Positions 49,596-62,620 of a stretch of 64,000 nt of DNA are shown here, in pieces (position 1 is the stretch's first letter; every line of letters starts with the position of its first letter). The DNA is taken from NCBI GenBank assembly GCA_051294375.1, contig CM119267.1:24749783-24813782 (forward strand). Reading direction: 5' to 3'. The position numbers were made by a program, and so were the translations under genes. Origin of the DNA: Paraspadella gotoi (Eukaryota > Animalia > Chaetognatha). The notes beneath the pieces were generated by a model. It saw only the letters and a program-made list of their open reading frames with translations, made no database searches and had not been told where the DNA came from.

Positions 49596-52500
49596 TTATT
49601 TGGAGAGTTTGCTGATGACCCGAATGAGAGCCCCGTTCTCCTCCTTGAGTCTCATGTTGTCCGCCTTGAGTTGCTCCAGCATCTTGAGCTCCTCCAGCGT
49701 CTCTGCCAGAGTTCGCTCCAGGTTCTGCTTCTCTTTGATGGAGTCGACGAGAAAGGCGTTGTTGTTGGAAGACGTCGTCGATTGAAGGAGGTTCTTTTGG
49801 TTCTTTTCCATCTGAATGAGAAAAAGGAGAAAGATTGGAGAATAGAGAGAGAGAAAGAGAGGGAGGGATTGTTAAAGAGAGTAATTCGACGTTTATCTTT
49901 ATTATCATGTGGCTGTAAGACTTAAAGCCGCCACACCACCGCCCGTCCTCAGCCTCGTCTCAATGACTAAGCGGGCTAAATCCCCCTCGTCTAAACCGTG
50001 CGGCGTCAACAACAACGCCAACAACAGCGACAACGACTTTGACCATAATCAACTTATTTACCAACCGCTAACTGAGGTCAGGTTAATGACCTTAATCGAC
50101 CTTACCTTTGTATTACTGATTGTTTAGCCTTTTTATTGTTATCGTTTACTTAACAATACCCAAACCAAATTCAATCCCTGGTTATCTTGGTTCAGGCTAA
50201 AATGTGACGGTGTCAGGAAGAAACGTTCATGAAGATTCATCATCGAACTTCATTTGAATACTTATTGACAAATAAAATATTTCACTACGTGACTATTCAT
50301 TTATTATTCATAGATTGATAAAGGGATCGCATTCGGAAGCCCTCAAGCCAAATGGTGATAATCCACGCGCATCGGGTTTACAATCTACCATTTCCCATGC
50401 TTTTCAACATCGTCGTCGCCATCATCATCATCGTCTTGCAAATCCTCTGAGACACAGACCTGCGTCCTCATATCGGTCATCTCGCTGTCCATTCGGGACA
50501 ACTTCATGCGCAGTCGCTCGTTCTCGTGCTTCTCCTCATCGTAGAGTCTCTTGTAGTCCAGCTCTGCCGCCTGAAAGAAACACAGTCAAAGTCTTCATTA
50601 CTTGATACAGTGAGACTTTTTTTGCCACAAATACTGACCTGACGGTAACTGGTGGCGGAGGCGGTGGGGCGGGCGTAACGGTCGGCGATGCCCGCGTTGG
50701 CGGCGAGGGTCAACCCCGCCACGGACGAGGAGGAGGAGGAGGAGGAGGCGGCGACGGATTCCGGAGTGGAAGAAGTTTTGGAGGTTAAACCGGCAGAGGA
50801 TCGGTAATATCTGAGGGTGAGGGAAGGACGGAGATAAAAGATAAATTAAAAATACATAAATAAATAGATATAAATAGATAAAAAATCTACAGAAATAAAA
50901 CAAACAAATTATTTATGGTAGATACTAGATAAATTAGTTGAATGAAAAATGTATTTTAAAAAATCGGCACCAATTACATACCTTTGCGATGAGACGGCGT
51001 CGTTTTTCGGCTCGGCGTCGCCAGTTTCGTCGGCGGCGCCACCGGCGTTCTTTCCATCCCCGGATCCTCCATCCTTGTCGTCGGCAGCGTCCTCCTCGAA
51101 GGCGATCCCGGTGGATCGCCTCTGCGCGCGAAGGCGTCGCTTGGTGATGGCTGACGAACGCTTGTAGGCCGAGTCGGCGTCAAGGCCGACGCTGGACCGG
51201 TCTCCGGCGCCCCCGGCGTCATCGCCGATCGCCTCGCCGGCGCCGGGATCACCGCCGGCGGAAACCACGACGGAAGGAACGATGGAAGATCGGCCGACGC
51301 CGATTCCGTCGCCGCCGCCGCCGGCAGATGCGGAGTCAAGCGAGGACGAAGCGGCGAATCGAGACGATCGAGTGAAGACGGGCGACGCGGCGGCGACGGA
51401 AGAAGATCCCGCCGTCAGCGTCGATGACGTGGACGACGATCCAGACGAAGACGACGACGCAGCCGACGACGTCGACGACACAGAGTCTTGCGTGTCGTGT
51501 CGCGATCCGCGCGCGCGACGACGGAACGAGTCAGACTGTTTGAGGGTGTCGGCGAGGGCGGCCGGCGTTGAGGTGGGGGAGGTGGGTGCGGGGAGGAGGT
51601 CCTTGGGGGCAGAGGAAGAGGCGGGGTCGGGAGCGGAGGATGAGGATGAGGAAGAGGCGTCCTTGGGTTCCGACGTGAGGAGAATCTCGGCGGCTTGAAG
51701 ATCTTCCGGCGTCACTCCTTGAGTTGATCTGGAGGATCGAAGGAAAAGAAAAATTAAATCGGGGCAGAGCGCAAAGGGAGAAAATGAAAAAGAGATTAAG
51801 CTAAAAAATAAAAAGAAATAAAATAACAATTATAGCATATTAAAATTTATACACAATATCAATTTAAATCACAAAAAGCTCTTCATGTTCAATAATAATA
51901 CTCAGTTCTTTCTCTCTCTATCTCTTTTCTTTCTTAGCCTTATATCAATTCTTTTATATCGTTTCCCACTTCTCATTCGTCTAAGACTATTCAGTATTCA
52001 TTCATTGTTGAAAATATTGTGATGAAAAACTGAAAAAAACAGAATAACCGATGAAACGACCAACAAATCATCCGAGGAACCGATTCGACCCGACTAAGAA
52101 ACCCATTGAGCGAACTACCCTACTACCGACCAGAACCGACCAACCGACCGACGGCTCACCTTCTGGTTTCTCTCGCCCGTCGAGACTTGGCCTTCCTCTG
52201 CGCCTCCGATTCTTCGTCCCTCTTCGGCGGCTCGAACATCCGCGGCTGCTGTTGCTGCAGCGATTGCTGCGCCTGCAACGTGGGATGCTGCTGCTGCAAC
52301 GGCGACTGCGGACTCGTCGAAGCCCCGACGGAATCGGCGGGCGGCGGAGCGGGGAGATGGAAAGTGGCGGTGGTGGTTGTAATCCTCGCTGGCGGATTGG
52401 CAGTGGGCGGGTCGGTTGAGGTGGCGGCGGCGAGACACCGCCAATCGGAGGCAGAGAGAACCGGAGAGGAACTCGCCTCAGCGGCGGCAGCTGCGGCGGG

Positions 52501-54926
52501 AACGGAAGCAGGGCGTGCGGCGCCACGTATCATTGGCGTCACGGTGCCGACGGTGGGATTGCCTACTGAAGCAGCGCCGCCGACAGGAAGAGTGATGCTC
52601 GCTGGTCGTGACGACGTTATCGTCGTCGTCTTCTTCTTTTCTTCTTCTTCCTCTTCTTCATCGTCCTCTTCTTCCTCGTCTTCGTCTTCGTCGACAGAGG
52701 TTTCGAGGGCGAAGGCTTCCAAATCCTTGAGCTTTTTGCTCTCTTTCTGATCGATGGACATTCGCGTCACCGATGACCTGCGACGTAAAAATTAAATTAG
52801 CATATTGAAGTAAAATTTGTATCAAGAAACGAATCTCATCGGCTCAACAGATCAAGATAAATTTTTCTTCAGGTTCAATGACAATGATTACACGTATTTA
52901 ATTTCATTTTAATAGTTTAACGAGAAAAGTATTTACCGTGAGGAATCGTCGCTTTGTGTTAGGGGTAAGTTTCGAAGGGAGCGAAACGTAATTAAAATCA
53001 AAAGCCAATCTTAACCCACCCCCACCTCACTCAATCTCCTCTCACCTCCTCGAGTCCTTCTCACTTCCTCTTGAGTGGATCCCGGAATGGCAGTGAGTCT
53101 CGGCTGCAGCGGCGACCGCGGCGTCGTTATTGTTGTTCCGCCGTCGCCGCTGCTGCAGCTGCTTGTCGCGGAGATCCTCGAGGTGCTCGACCATCTCGGT
53201 GTCGGCGACGTCGAACGGGGTTTGACCGACGTTGTTGGCGGCCTCGCAGTCGGCGTCGGCCTCGAGGAGAAGAAGATCGGCCGCTTCCCTGAAAAGAGAA
53301 AGAAGTGAATAAAGTTTAGTATTTACTATTTAGTTTTAGTATTAACAGGCTCGATGAAAACTTCTTCACATTCTTCTTTATTTATTCTTTCTTGTTATTT
53401 CATTGTCATTCCATCAGCATTCAGCAGTACCTTTTTCATCGATTGTCCAATGTCCATTCTTCATCTTCCCCATCTTTTTTCTCTTCTTGTCTTTTTTCGT
53501 CTTTTCTTCCTCAGTCATCCAAATCAATCAATCAATCATCCCCATGTACTCATTCCCTTCCTCACTTTTGTCCCCAATGTGCGGCGGCGTGTAGCGGCGT
53601 CCAACCGTCGTTGTCGGTGGCGTCGACGCCGGCGCCGGCGTCGAGAAGGAGACGCATCACTTCGAGGTATCCCTTGGCGGCGGCGACGTGGAGCGCCGTC
53701 GCGCCGGATTTCGGGTGACGCTGCTCCTCGATACGATGCGCCAACGCCCACTCGGCGGCGTCGGCCAACATCCGGTCCTCTTCAACACGGCGGGCCGCCT
53801 CGGCGTCGACGGAGATCTGAAAAAGATCGAATTTGAATGGAGTTTGAATGGAATTTGAATGGAATAATAAAGTCATCCATAGTCGCTTTCCTAACCTTTT
53901 CCATTTCTCTCTCCAACAATTCCTTCATCTCCGTCGATGCGGCGATGTCAACCGGCAAATCCCCGTCGTTGTTGCAGTAGTCGACATTGGCTCCGCGGGC
54001 GATGAGGCACTCGGCGATGTCCACGTAGCCGCAAGAGGCCGTCGCGTGGAGAGGCGTCCATCCTTCGTTGTCGCAAAAGTCGACGTCCACGCCGGAGTCG
54101 AGGAGGAACTTGGGGGGGGGGGAGAGTGAGTGGTGGAGGACGAAGAATTAAGGTACTCTATCTTATTTTAACACAAAAATAACAAAAACTTTCTAACAAT
54201 CCAATTTACCTTGACCATCTCGATATTCTCATCGATGCATGCCTGATGCAGCGCCGTGAGGCCGTCCACGTTGGCGGTGTTCACGTCAGCGCCGCGCTGG
54301 ATGAGGCGCCCGATGTCGGCTTTGTCGCCCGACGCGCAGACAGCGAGGAAGACGATCCCGTCGGGGAAGTTGACGGAGCGACTGCCTACAGATGGATACC
54401 ATTGGAAATATAATATTATATATTATATATTATACTATGGCAACAGCCGGGTTGCCTGTGATGCCCATTGAGATGGGGCATCTCACTGTTGGCTTTGGGG
54501 GCTTCCGACCCTCAGTGACGCATCCAGTCACTGGCGCGGTTACCCTAGGACGGTCTCGCTTTGCCAACGCAGAGGGAAGTCATTAGGACTGTGGATGGAA
54601 CACTACGCCTGGGATGGTGTGTTCCCCCTCTGAGCCAATGGATTTGGCTGAACGATGGTGGACGTGAGGCGGTGTGAATACCGCCACAATACAATATTAT
54701 TGAATAATCGATCATAACTGAAATCTCCTCTCGCACCTGAATCCTTACCTTTCCCACGCTTTGGAGCCTCGTTAGCCCGACTGGTCTCCGACTCGGCCCA
54801 GCGCCGCAATTGTTCCGCGCGCCGAGTGAGGGCGTTGCCCTGTCGCGCCACGGTGCCACCAGCGTCGACGTCCAGCTCGGGCTTGGCTCCGCCGAAGGGC
54901 GAGACCCCGGGATTGAGTTGCGGCAT
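49596..54926 (-). CDS. PPP1R12A: Myosin phosphatase targeting subunit (MYPT1/PPP1R12), exons 54926-54749, 54385-54210, 54108-53896, 53816-53566, 53288-53046, 52777-52160, 51728-50982, 50810-50639, 50570-50460, 49811-49596
   Basis: MyPhoNE motif RAEQLRRW, RVxF-type RSVNF, ankyrin repeats ([33 protein letters not shown]), inhibitory sites RRSTQGVT and RRSTG, and leucine-zipper end [14 protein letters not shown]. Confidence 0.95.
54436..54688 (-). mobile_element. Solo LTR-like element in the first coding intron of MYPT1
   Basis: Reverse complement of 43289-43543. TSD ATAC at 54432-54435 and 54689-54692. Confidence 0.8.
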
Positions 54927-55679
54927 GACCGTTTGGGCTCTCGGAATTAACTTGAGGTAATTAAAGGGAAAAAAAATCTAAGTTAACTTAAATTTACACG
55001 GATTTCAAATGGGAGTGAAATGAAAAGAATTGTTATACTCTTAACTGACCGAATGTGATTAATATTTGTTCATTTGTAGCAGATTAATCTGTGGATTAAC
55101 TCAAATGAGATTGAGTTCCTTAATCTCATTAGCATTTTGTCGTATTCTGATTAAGCTGTGATAAATTTTTGTTCTATTTCCCTAAAGGTTTAATATTAAT
55201 ATTTTACCTCAGTAAATGATTATGTTTGTTTGAGGTTCAATTAATAAATAATGTTTTAATTAATCAATATCCACTGAATCTATATTAACCGATGTCATGT
55301 ATATTGCATACTATGTATATAATCAAGGTAACCATTCTCATACAGATATATCCCCTTGTTATACATTTCATTAATTAGAAAATTCCCTGACGTTTATGTT
55401 CCTATAAAGCAAATTGATAATACTTCACACCACAGCAACTGGTGAGCTTGCCTTCCAGCAGCAAGATTTTTCCCCTATTATTTGATAATTAAATTTTAAA
55501 CTCATTGCGAAAAAAATTAAGACGAAAATTTTAATTTCTTTTACATTTATTAGTTAGTATAATGTCTCGGGAGTATGAGAAAAAAATTTCATTAATATAT
55601 TTCAAGGTTGAAGGTATTTTTCAAAGCTTAAATTTTTATTTTGTATTATGGTGGACTAAAATCCACCAACCGTTCATCA

Positions 55680-55882
55680 GCGGCTATTGGTGCCGGAGGC
55701 AAGTCATTCGCCTCCCAACCCAAAGGTCCGGGGTTCTAGCCTGGTGGCCGCCGAGCAGTTAAGAGAGACGGGGCGCTTAACCCGCCTGTAACACGGTGTT
55801 ACAGCCTGATCCAAAGCTCAGGGACTGCTTATAATGAACGGTTCTGTCACTAACACATATCAATAATTACTGTCTTTTCAGT
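55680..55882 (+). mobile_element. tRNA(Gly)-like-headed SINE, family C
   Basis: GCGGCTA...TGGCCGC acceptor-like stem, tcgcctccca anticodon-arm-like segment, ggttctagcc B-box-like motif. The 3' part recurs at 46337. Confidence 0.6.
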
Positions 55883-56453
55883 ATAAGTTTTAACTAGAAA
55901 ACCTATAAAATAAAAATTGCTGCCATTGTGGTTGTGAAAAAGTTTTTCACATTCTGATTGCTATATTGCTATATTGCTATATTGTCTATATTTGTAAGAT
56001 GAACCTAAATTTTCAAACATTTCACTTTTTTCATAAAAATTTATCTTATAACAGAAAGGTCCTATTCAAATGCAAACAAATTTGCTTTTTTGAAATTCGA
56101 CCATGCCATTGATGAGCTCATAACTAAGAAAGTAAGCAAGCTGGCCTACTGGGAGTTAGAAAATAAAAAACATCAGGGATTTTTCTACCAGAGTGCAAAA
56201 TCGGAAGTTGATATAATAAGTTATTTAGCCACAGTATTTGATTTTTTTATTTCCCTCCCATTTTAAATCGGTGTATTAATAAATGAAGTAGAGTTTGAAT
56301 TTTTATTATGTACCTGTTATATCGCCTTTTCGATCCCTCCTCCACTCGCGATGGTCGTGACTCCCGTCAAATTCTCTTTTCAGTTCATCTCATCCAAAGA
56401 GAAAATCTTTAAAAAAAAAACTTTGGCTTGAATCTCAATTCAAAGAGGATCGG

Positions 56454-56498
56454 CGCCGCTTATCCCGGCGACGCTTATCCTAACGCCGCTTATCCCGA
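56454..56498. repeat. Three 15-bp units each containing CTTATC (GATA motif) upstream of the MYPT1 CDS
   Basis: cgccgcttatcccgg / cgacgcttatcctaa / cgccgcttatcccga. Confidence 0.7.
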
Positions 56499-57400
56499 CG
56501 CCACCACGTCCACGCCGCAAATCGTCAACTCCGCCGTGGGTTTCTCAAGAGACGTCGTCGTCGTCAAATACTTTTAATACGTAGGTTTCTATTTTACGTA
56601 TATTCAGTCATAATTAAACATTTCCTGCGATTTAAAAAAAAAAACAATATTTCAAGATCTATTATCAACGAATTCTATTTAATATAAATTTGACAAAACA
56701 ATGTTGAGAGAAGATTTAATCGCCGCAGAACCATCGGTCGTCAGTTTTTTTTTGTTTTTTTTGTTTTCAGAAAGTGATGGGTGGAAGGGGAGGAGAAGGG
56801 GAGGGGAGGAGAAGAGGAGGGGGAGGGGTTGAAGACCAAGTAATAACTAAAGAGAAGGTCAGAGAGGATAATAGGTCGGGCGAAAGGAGAGGGATTCTTT
56901 TTTTTTATTTTTTTTTTATTATTATAATATTCTTCGCTCGATGCGCTCGATCCAAATTTGAGCGACAAAAGTGAGAAAAGCAAAATGAGAGGAGATTCGA
57001 CGAAGTGGCTCGGCTCGCGAATTTGGATCCCCGACCGGAGAGAGGTGATCGTGATACGTGAAGTTCAAAAGATCGGGAAGCAGGAAAGATCACGTCGACT
57101 CAATGTCCATTGCGAACTTGCGATCTTGTGAGAATCACAGCATTTCATCAGACAGAAAATGAGAGGAACGGATTTAGAGATCAGTATTTAAGCGATCTCG
57201 AATTTTTTTTTTAATTTATTTTTTAATTTTGCATTTTTAATTTTAAAGTTTTATTTTCTGGAATAAGTGATTCCCACAAAACCCGCCACGCCCTGTCTCC
57301 ACCTCTTACTCATCCCCTCCCCCCGGGACTTTTATGGAGCTCTTTAATATCATTAGCATATAGCAGTATATCTCCCTCCTCTCTTCGCCCCCCACAAACA

Positions 57401-59370
57401 CTACATGTCGTCGCCCATAAAAGATCCCGCGACGCTCGACGACGCCAGCGCCGCCCTCCCGTCCGCCATTACGACGCTGCCGGCGCCGCCTCCGCCGCCG
57501 TGCAAACCGTGGACCTTCTGCACGTAGGACGGGTTCGTGCTGATCTCTCGGTCCATCTCCCCCAGTTTGGCGCTGAGGGAGATGCAGAGCGACATCTGTC
57601 GTTCCAAGTGGCGGCGCATCGCCTGGGAATCGTCGAGGACGGGATTGTCGTGAAAGGAGACCATCCCGTCGCGTTGGTTAATCGTGGCGTGGATGGCGCC
57701 GTCGGAGATCATCTATAAATAGAAAAGATTTGATTTGATCCATTTGATTGGTTAACCATTCCAAACAAGCTACTCCTCCTACCTTGAGCACTTGTCGTTC
57801 GGCCTCGGCGGCGCCACCCGCCAGCCCTACCCTGTTGGCCATGTCGGCGAGGGAGAGGGTGAGAAAAGTCTTGGTGAGGCGCTGGATATTTTTTGCGGTA
57901 AGAGCGGCGAGGCATTGGTTGACCAGACCAGAGTTCTTGTCGCGAGAGAACACCTCGGCGTGTTTGGTGGCGACGGTGGCGACATCGTTGGAGTTGTTGG
58001 AGGCGTAGGCCAAGGCAAGGTCGTGGTAGGGTTGGCTGTCGGGTTATAGGGAGGATGGGTGAGGTTGAGAAGAGGTAAGGGTCAAAGCTAAAGAAATCTG
58101 CTTAAAAGAGCCTTTTGAAAGCTACTATATATAATATATATGTACATATATTATATATGTACGTATCAGTTAGAATTACACATTTGCAGATCATTAATTC
58201 AATAGGATTAACTAAATACCCAATCGAGTAATTCCCGCGACCAACCTCAAAGGTTTGATGAATCGTGCGACGACCTGCGACGTATACTTGGGCAGAGGCG
58301 GGGTCTTCCCGTGAAGAATGAGGGCGACGAGGATGAACTTCTTGTAGGCCTCGAGCATAACGTGGGAGACGGCGAGAGCGGGAGTCGTTATGCAAATCTC
58401 GAACATGTAGAGGGCGCGGTCGAAGTTCTGGGATTGGAAGGCGAAGAGGGAGATGAGAAAAGCCGTAAAGAGGGAGAGAGAGAGAAAGAATTACGATCCA
58501 GTCACCTTAAGTCCCGCGTAGATCATTCCCCCGTAGTAATAATAACAGAGGAAACTCTTGGCGTCGAAACCCCCGCCCTCCTTAGCGATGTCCGTCGTGT
58601 CCACATCAAGGAACTTGAGGGCGGGTTTCAAGTTTTTGGACAAAAGGCAGACCTGAGAATGAAAGGATGGATGAATAGAAAGATGGACGCAAAACAAACA
58701 AAAGCAGGGAGGGATTGATAGATCGTCGGATTGATGGATAGAAAGATGGATAAGAAGACGAAATCAAAAATAACTGATTACCAAAAAATAAGTACAGTGA
58801 GCAGGGAAACTTGAATCTATCCGTCCGCTCGACAGTCGACATTCGACAGTCACTTTGAACTTACCTGAGCCAAGTCGGCATGGATGGTGGTGAGTTGCGA
58901 GGAATGCAGCTGCACCCGGTCGATCGCTCTGGAAAGGACGGAGATGGCGCGCTGCGGGGCGCCGCGTTCCACCAACTCCCTCGTGACTTCGTGGCAGAGA
59001 TGAGCAAATGCCTCGTTGGCGACTCGGACGTGCTCTCCGTTGCAGGTCTCCACGAACTCCTTGACTTGGAGGAAGAGCGCCTCGAAGTCGGGGATATTCG
59101 GCGCCTTGAATTTGGCCAGAAGGATGGCGAGGATGCCTGCGAGGAAGGAGGGCCATAGATGAGAGAAATCGACTCTCCAAACCCGATCCATCGCCACTCC
59201 CCACCTATCGAGTGCTGCTGGACGTCGAAGGTGGCCAGGGCGTTGTCGAGGTGGTTGTGATGTTTGAGTAGCGTCTCCAGACTCTTGTGGATGAAGTCCA
59301 CGAGAGGAGTCAAGTTTCCGGAGCCGCTCATGGAGCGGACCTGCGTCACGAACTGTTCCAGCGCCGTCAT
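57401..59370 (-). CDS. COPS3: COP9 signalosome subunit 3, 6 exons (59370-59205, 59136-58865, 58652-58506, 58427-58246, 58035-57783, 57712-57401)
   Basis: [87 protein letters not shown] (PCI domain). Confidence 0.96.
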
Positions 59371-60835
59371 CTGGAGAATAAAAAGGGGATGTGAAGAATT
59401 TTGGAAAAAATTGAGGAATAAAAGAGATAAGTAAAAGAGATGAGTTAAGAAGATAAAAGGAAGAATTAAAAAATTGTTAACAAGAAAAAAAAAACTGACA
59501 AATTACACGAGGAAAATTACAAAGAACTAAAAGAATAATAATATTTAAATAAGTGAGAGAGACTAAGAGAAGAGAGAAGCCCGAGTATAAAATTAAAAAC
59601 CTAAAAAATAAAAAACTAAGATTAAATTTAATATAACAAAAACGTCGCGAAAAAAATGCTCAAAAATAGTAGCCTCGGCGAAAGGTTAAACTTGAAGTTC
59701 AATTTCCGGAAAATTCCTTGTTAATTAGAATCCGAATCCACGCATCGCTAACGAATTATTAATGAATTACTAACGAATGATTAATGAATAAATCGCGTTC
59801 GAAAAAGAAAAAAATAGCGGTTTAAAAGAATCCGGGATGGAGAGCGAGTTAATCGAGACTCGAAGATGACGTCTTTGAGGAGGAGGAAGAGGAGGAGGAG
59901 GAAAAAGAGTAGGAGTAGGAGCGAATTAGACTGGCGTCTTGAAGGAGTGATAAGACCGCCGTTTCGTTAAGAGTGGCGTCGAGGAGTGGCACCGATAAAT
60001 GAGCGGCGATTATGAAGGGAGTGGTGCCCGTCGAGTTGTTGTTCGGCGGCGGCGTCGGCGGCGGCGGCGGTGACTCTTTGTTTGAAATAAAAACTTTTTT
60101 CCGTCGATTTTTTTTTTAAATTCGAAATTCAATGTTTTCGATCGAGAATCGAATTTCGGTGAAGAAGAAAAGTTACATGCGAATCGAAATCTAAAAAAAA
60201 AAAAAAAACATAACGCGAAATTTAAAACAAAAGATAAAACTTGAAAAAAAAAGAGCAAAAAATATCGTGAGTCACGATTACGAGATATAAAATCTTTAAA
60301 AAAAACCGACTATGTCTTCAGTAAATAGAAGATAGAAATCTATATAAGTATTGCCATATAAATCGACTGTTCAAAAACAATCGGGACTAAAGCTGATTTT
60401 TTTTTTTTTTTGTAACGAGAAACCGGGAAGAGTGTCAATTGAATTTTGTTGTTGACTTTAAAACAACAACAACAACAACAACAACACGGCAGTGATTACG
60501 TCTAAAGAAGTTAATTCGTTAAAAAAAAAAAACCACAACAAACCATCGAAGAAGACGAGACAAGGGGGGGGGCGGCAGTGGGAGCGAGTTGAAAGAGTTA
60601 CGGAACGAGGGGGGGGGAGTCGAAATCTTCGAAACGCGAAAAACTCGAGGAAAAAAAGGAAAAATGACGATTGTTAAATGAAGAATTATTATAATAATAA
60701 TAGTAATAATAAAGGGGCGTCTCTCTCCCGCGTCTTACTTCTCCCTCGATCTCCCTTTTTTTCTCTCCCCCATCGGTTTGTTTTGAATCCAGTTAACAGT
60801 TATTTTTTTATTACATGATAGAAGGAATCGATTTC

Positions 60836-60938
<103 letters not shown>

Positions 60939-61133
60939 AAGGGAAAAACGCCCAGTTGGAAGAAGCAAAAGCAGAAGAGGAGGAAAAAAAACACGAATCT
61001 TGATCGATATCGGTTTTGATTATAGGAGCGAGAGAGAGAGTAGAGAGAGAGCGAGTTAGAGAGAGAGCGGAAAAGCTTACTCATTCAGATGTGGATTTCA
61101 GTTTCAAAACACAAACCGCAAAGCGAGAATGAA

Positions 61134-61202
<69 letters not shown>

Positions 61203-61748
61203 TCGGGGAGGGCTGACGCACTGATGTTTTTTATTCGACGTTCATTTTATTATTATTGTAATAAACTGGAAGGCTCTCGTCAAGTTTTCCAATTCTTCCG
61301 GCAGAACGAGTGATATAGTTAATGTAAAATCTAATGTAAAATCTAAAGTAACAAGCAACTAATCCAGGCACTACGACAATTATTCGCTTGAAAATAAAAA
61401 TAGTTTAAAATCCCGAATCGTATTGTCATAAATGTCTGTACCCAAGTCATTAAGTGACAATATGCGTCGCAAAATACGTATAAATGACAACAAGAAGAGT
61501 AAATTGTTTTTGATATTTTTCAAAAGACATTTCGGCGAAATGATAATTTGAAGGAGCTTTTACGAAATCACCTTTCATTCCGAGCGACGTCAGTGATTTT
61601 CGCTCACATTTTTTTTCTCCCAAGTCGCATTGTACTAGAGTATAATTTCTTTGCAAGTTTGACAAGCGTTCCGCTTCGGCTAAAACTGACGCAAAAAAAT
61701 ATTGCCCATTTCGCCCATTGGTTCCGCATTCTGACTCCGGCCTCCTTT

Positions 61749-61959
61749 TCAGAGTTCGTCGTGGAATTCTCGGCCGAAGTTGGTGGCGGCGCTGCCGACG
61801 AAGAGTTGCGCCTCTTCTAGGATCTCGGCGTGAGAGAGGAGGCGGTCGCCGTCGCGGTCCGCCACGTGGAGAAGGTGTGCCGCTTCGTCGGCCGCTGCCG
61901 AAACGGGATCCGGGGCGGCCCAGGCCGGCAGTTCTGGGCCTGGGAATTAATAGAAGTGC

Positions 61960-62036
<77 letters not shown>

Positions 62037-62529
62037 GAATAAATTGAGAAAGACCTTCCAACTTTCCGCTGCCATCGACGTCGAGTCCTCGTACGAATCG
62101 GTCCGTCTCGATCGCTTTCCATTCATCCTCCACTGAAAATCGGGACGGAACAGAGTTTCAATTTCAATATTTAAAAATTATTAAGATTTTAACGCATTTC
62201 CAAACTGATTCGTCTTCCGTAATCAAAACACTCATTTCCCCCCACGTATCCAAATTCCACTCACCGTTGCTGAGAAATTCCTGGAGATCAACGGCGCCGT
62301 CTCCGTCGGCGTCGGCCTCCTCGACGACGCGCTTGGCGAGGAGCGGGCGGGTGTGCTCGAAGTCTTCGGGGTGAGCAAAGGCGCGGAACTCGACGACGTC
62401 GAGGCTCTCGTCGCCGTCGACGTCGGCGTCGGAAAATCTGGAGGCGTCGTCCGTGAAAAGGCGACGAAAGTGGGCGGCCTCGGCGTCGGAGAAGGAGGGA
62501 GGGGGCGTGGAGGGATCGGGGATATAGCC

Positions 62530-62620
<91 letters not shown>

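Noticed and set aside
51282-54129. Plus-strand ORFs overlapping MYPT1 (and similar ones over COPS3, RCN2 and E2F)
   Set aside because: Antisense shadows of GC-rich coding exons
55680-55752. Functional tRNA-Gly gene
   Set aside because: Anticodon and T stems pair poorly, and the sequence continues into a body repeated at 46337, so it is a SINE head
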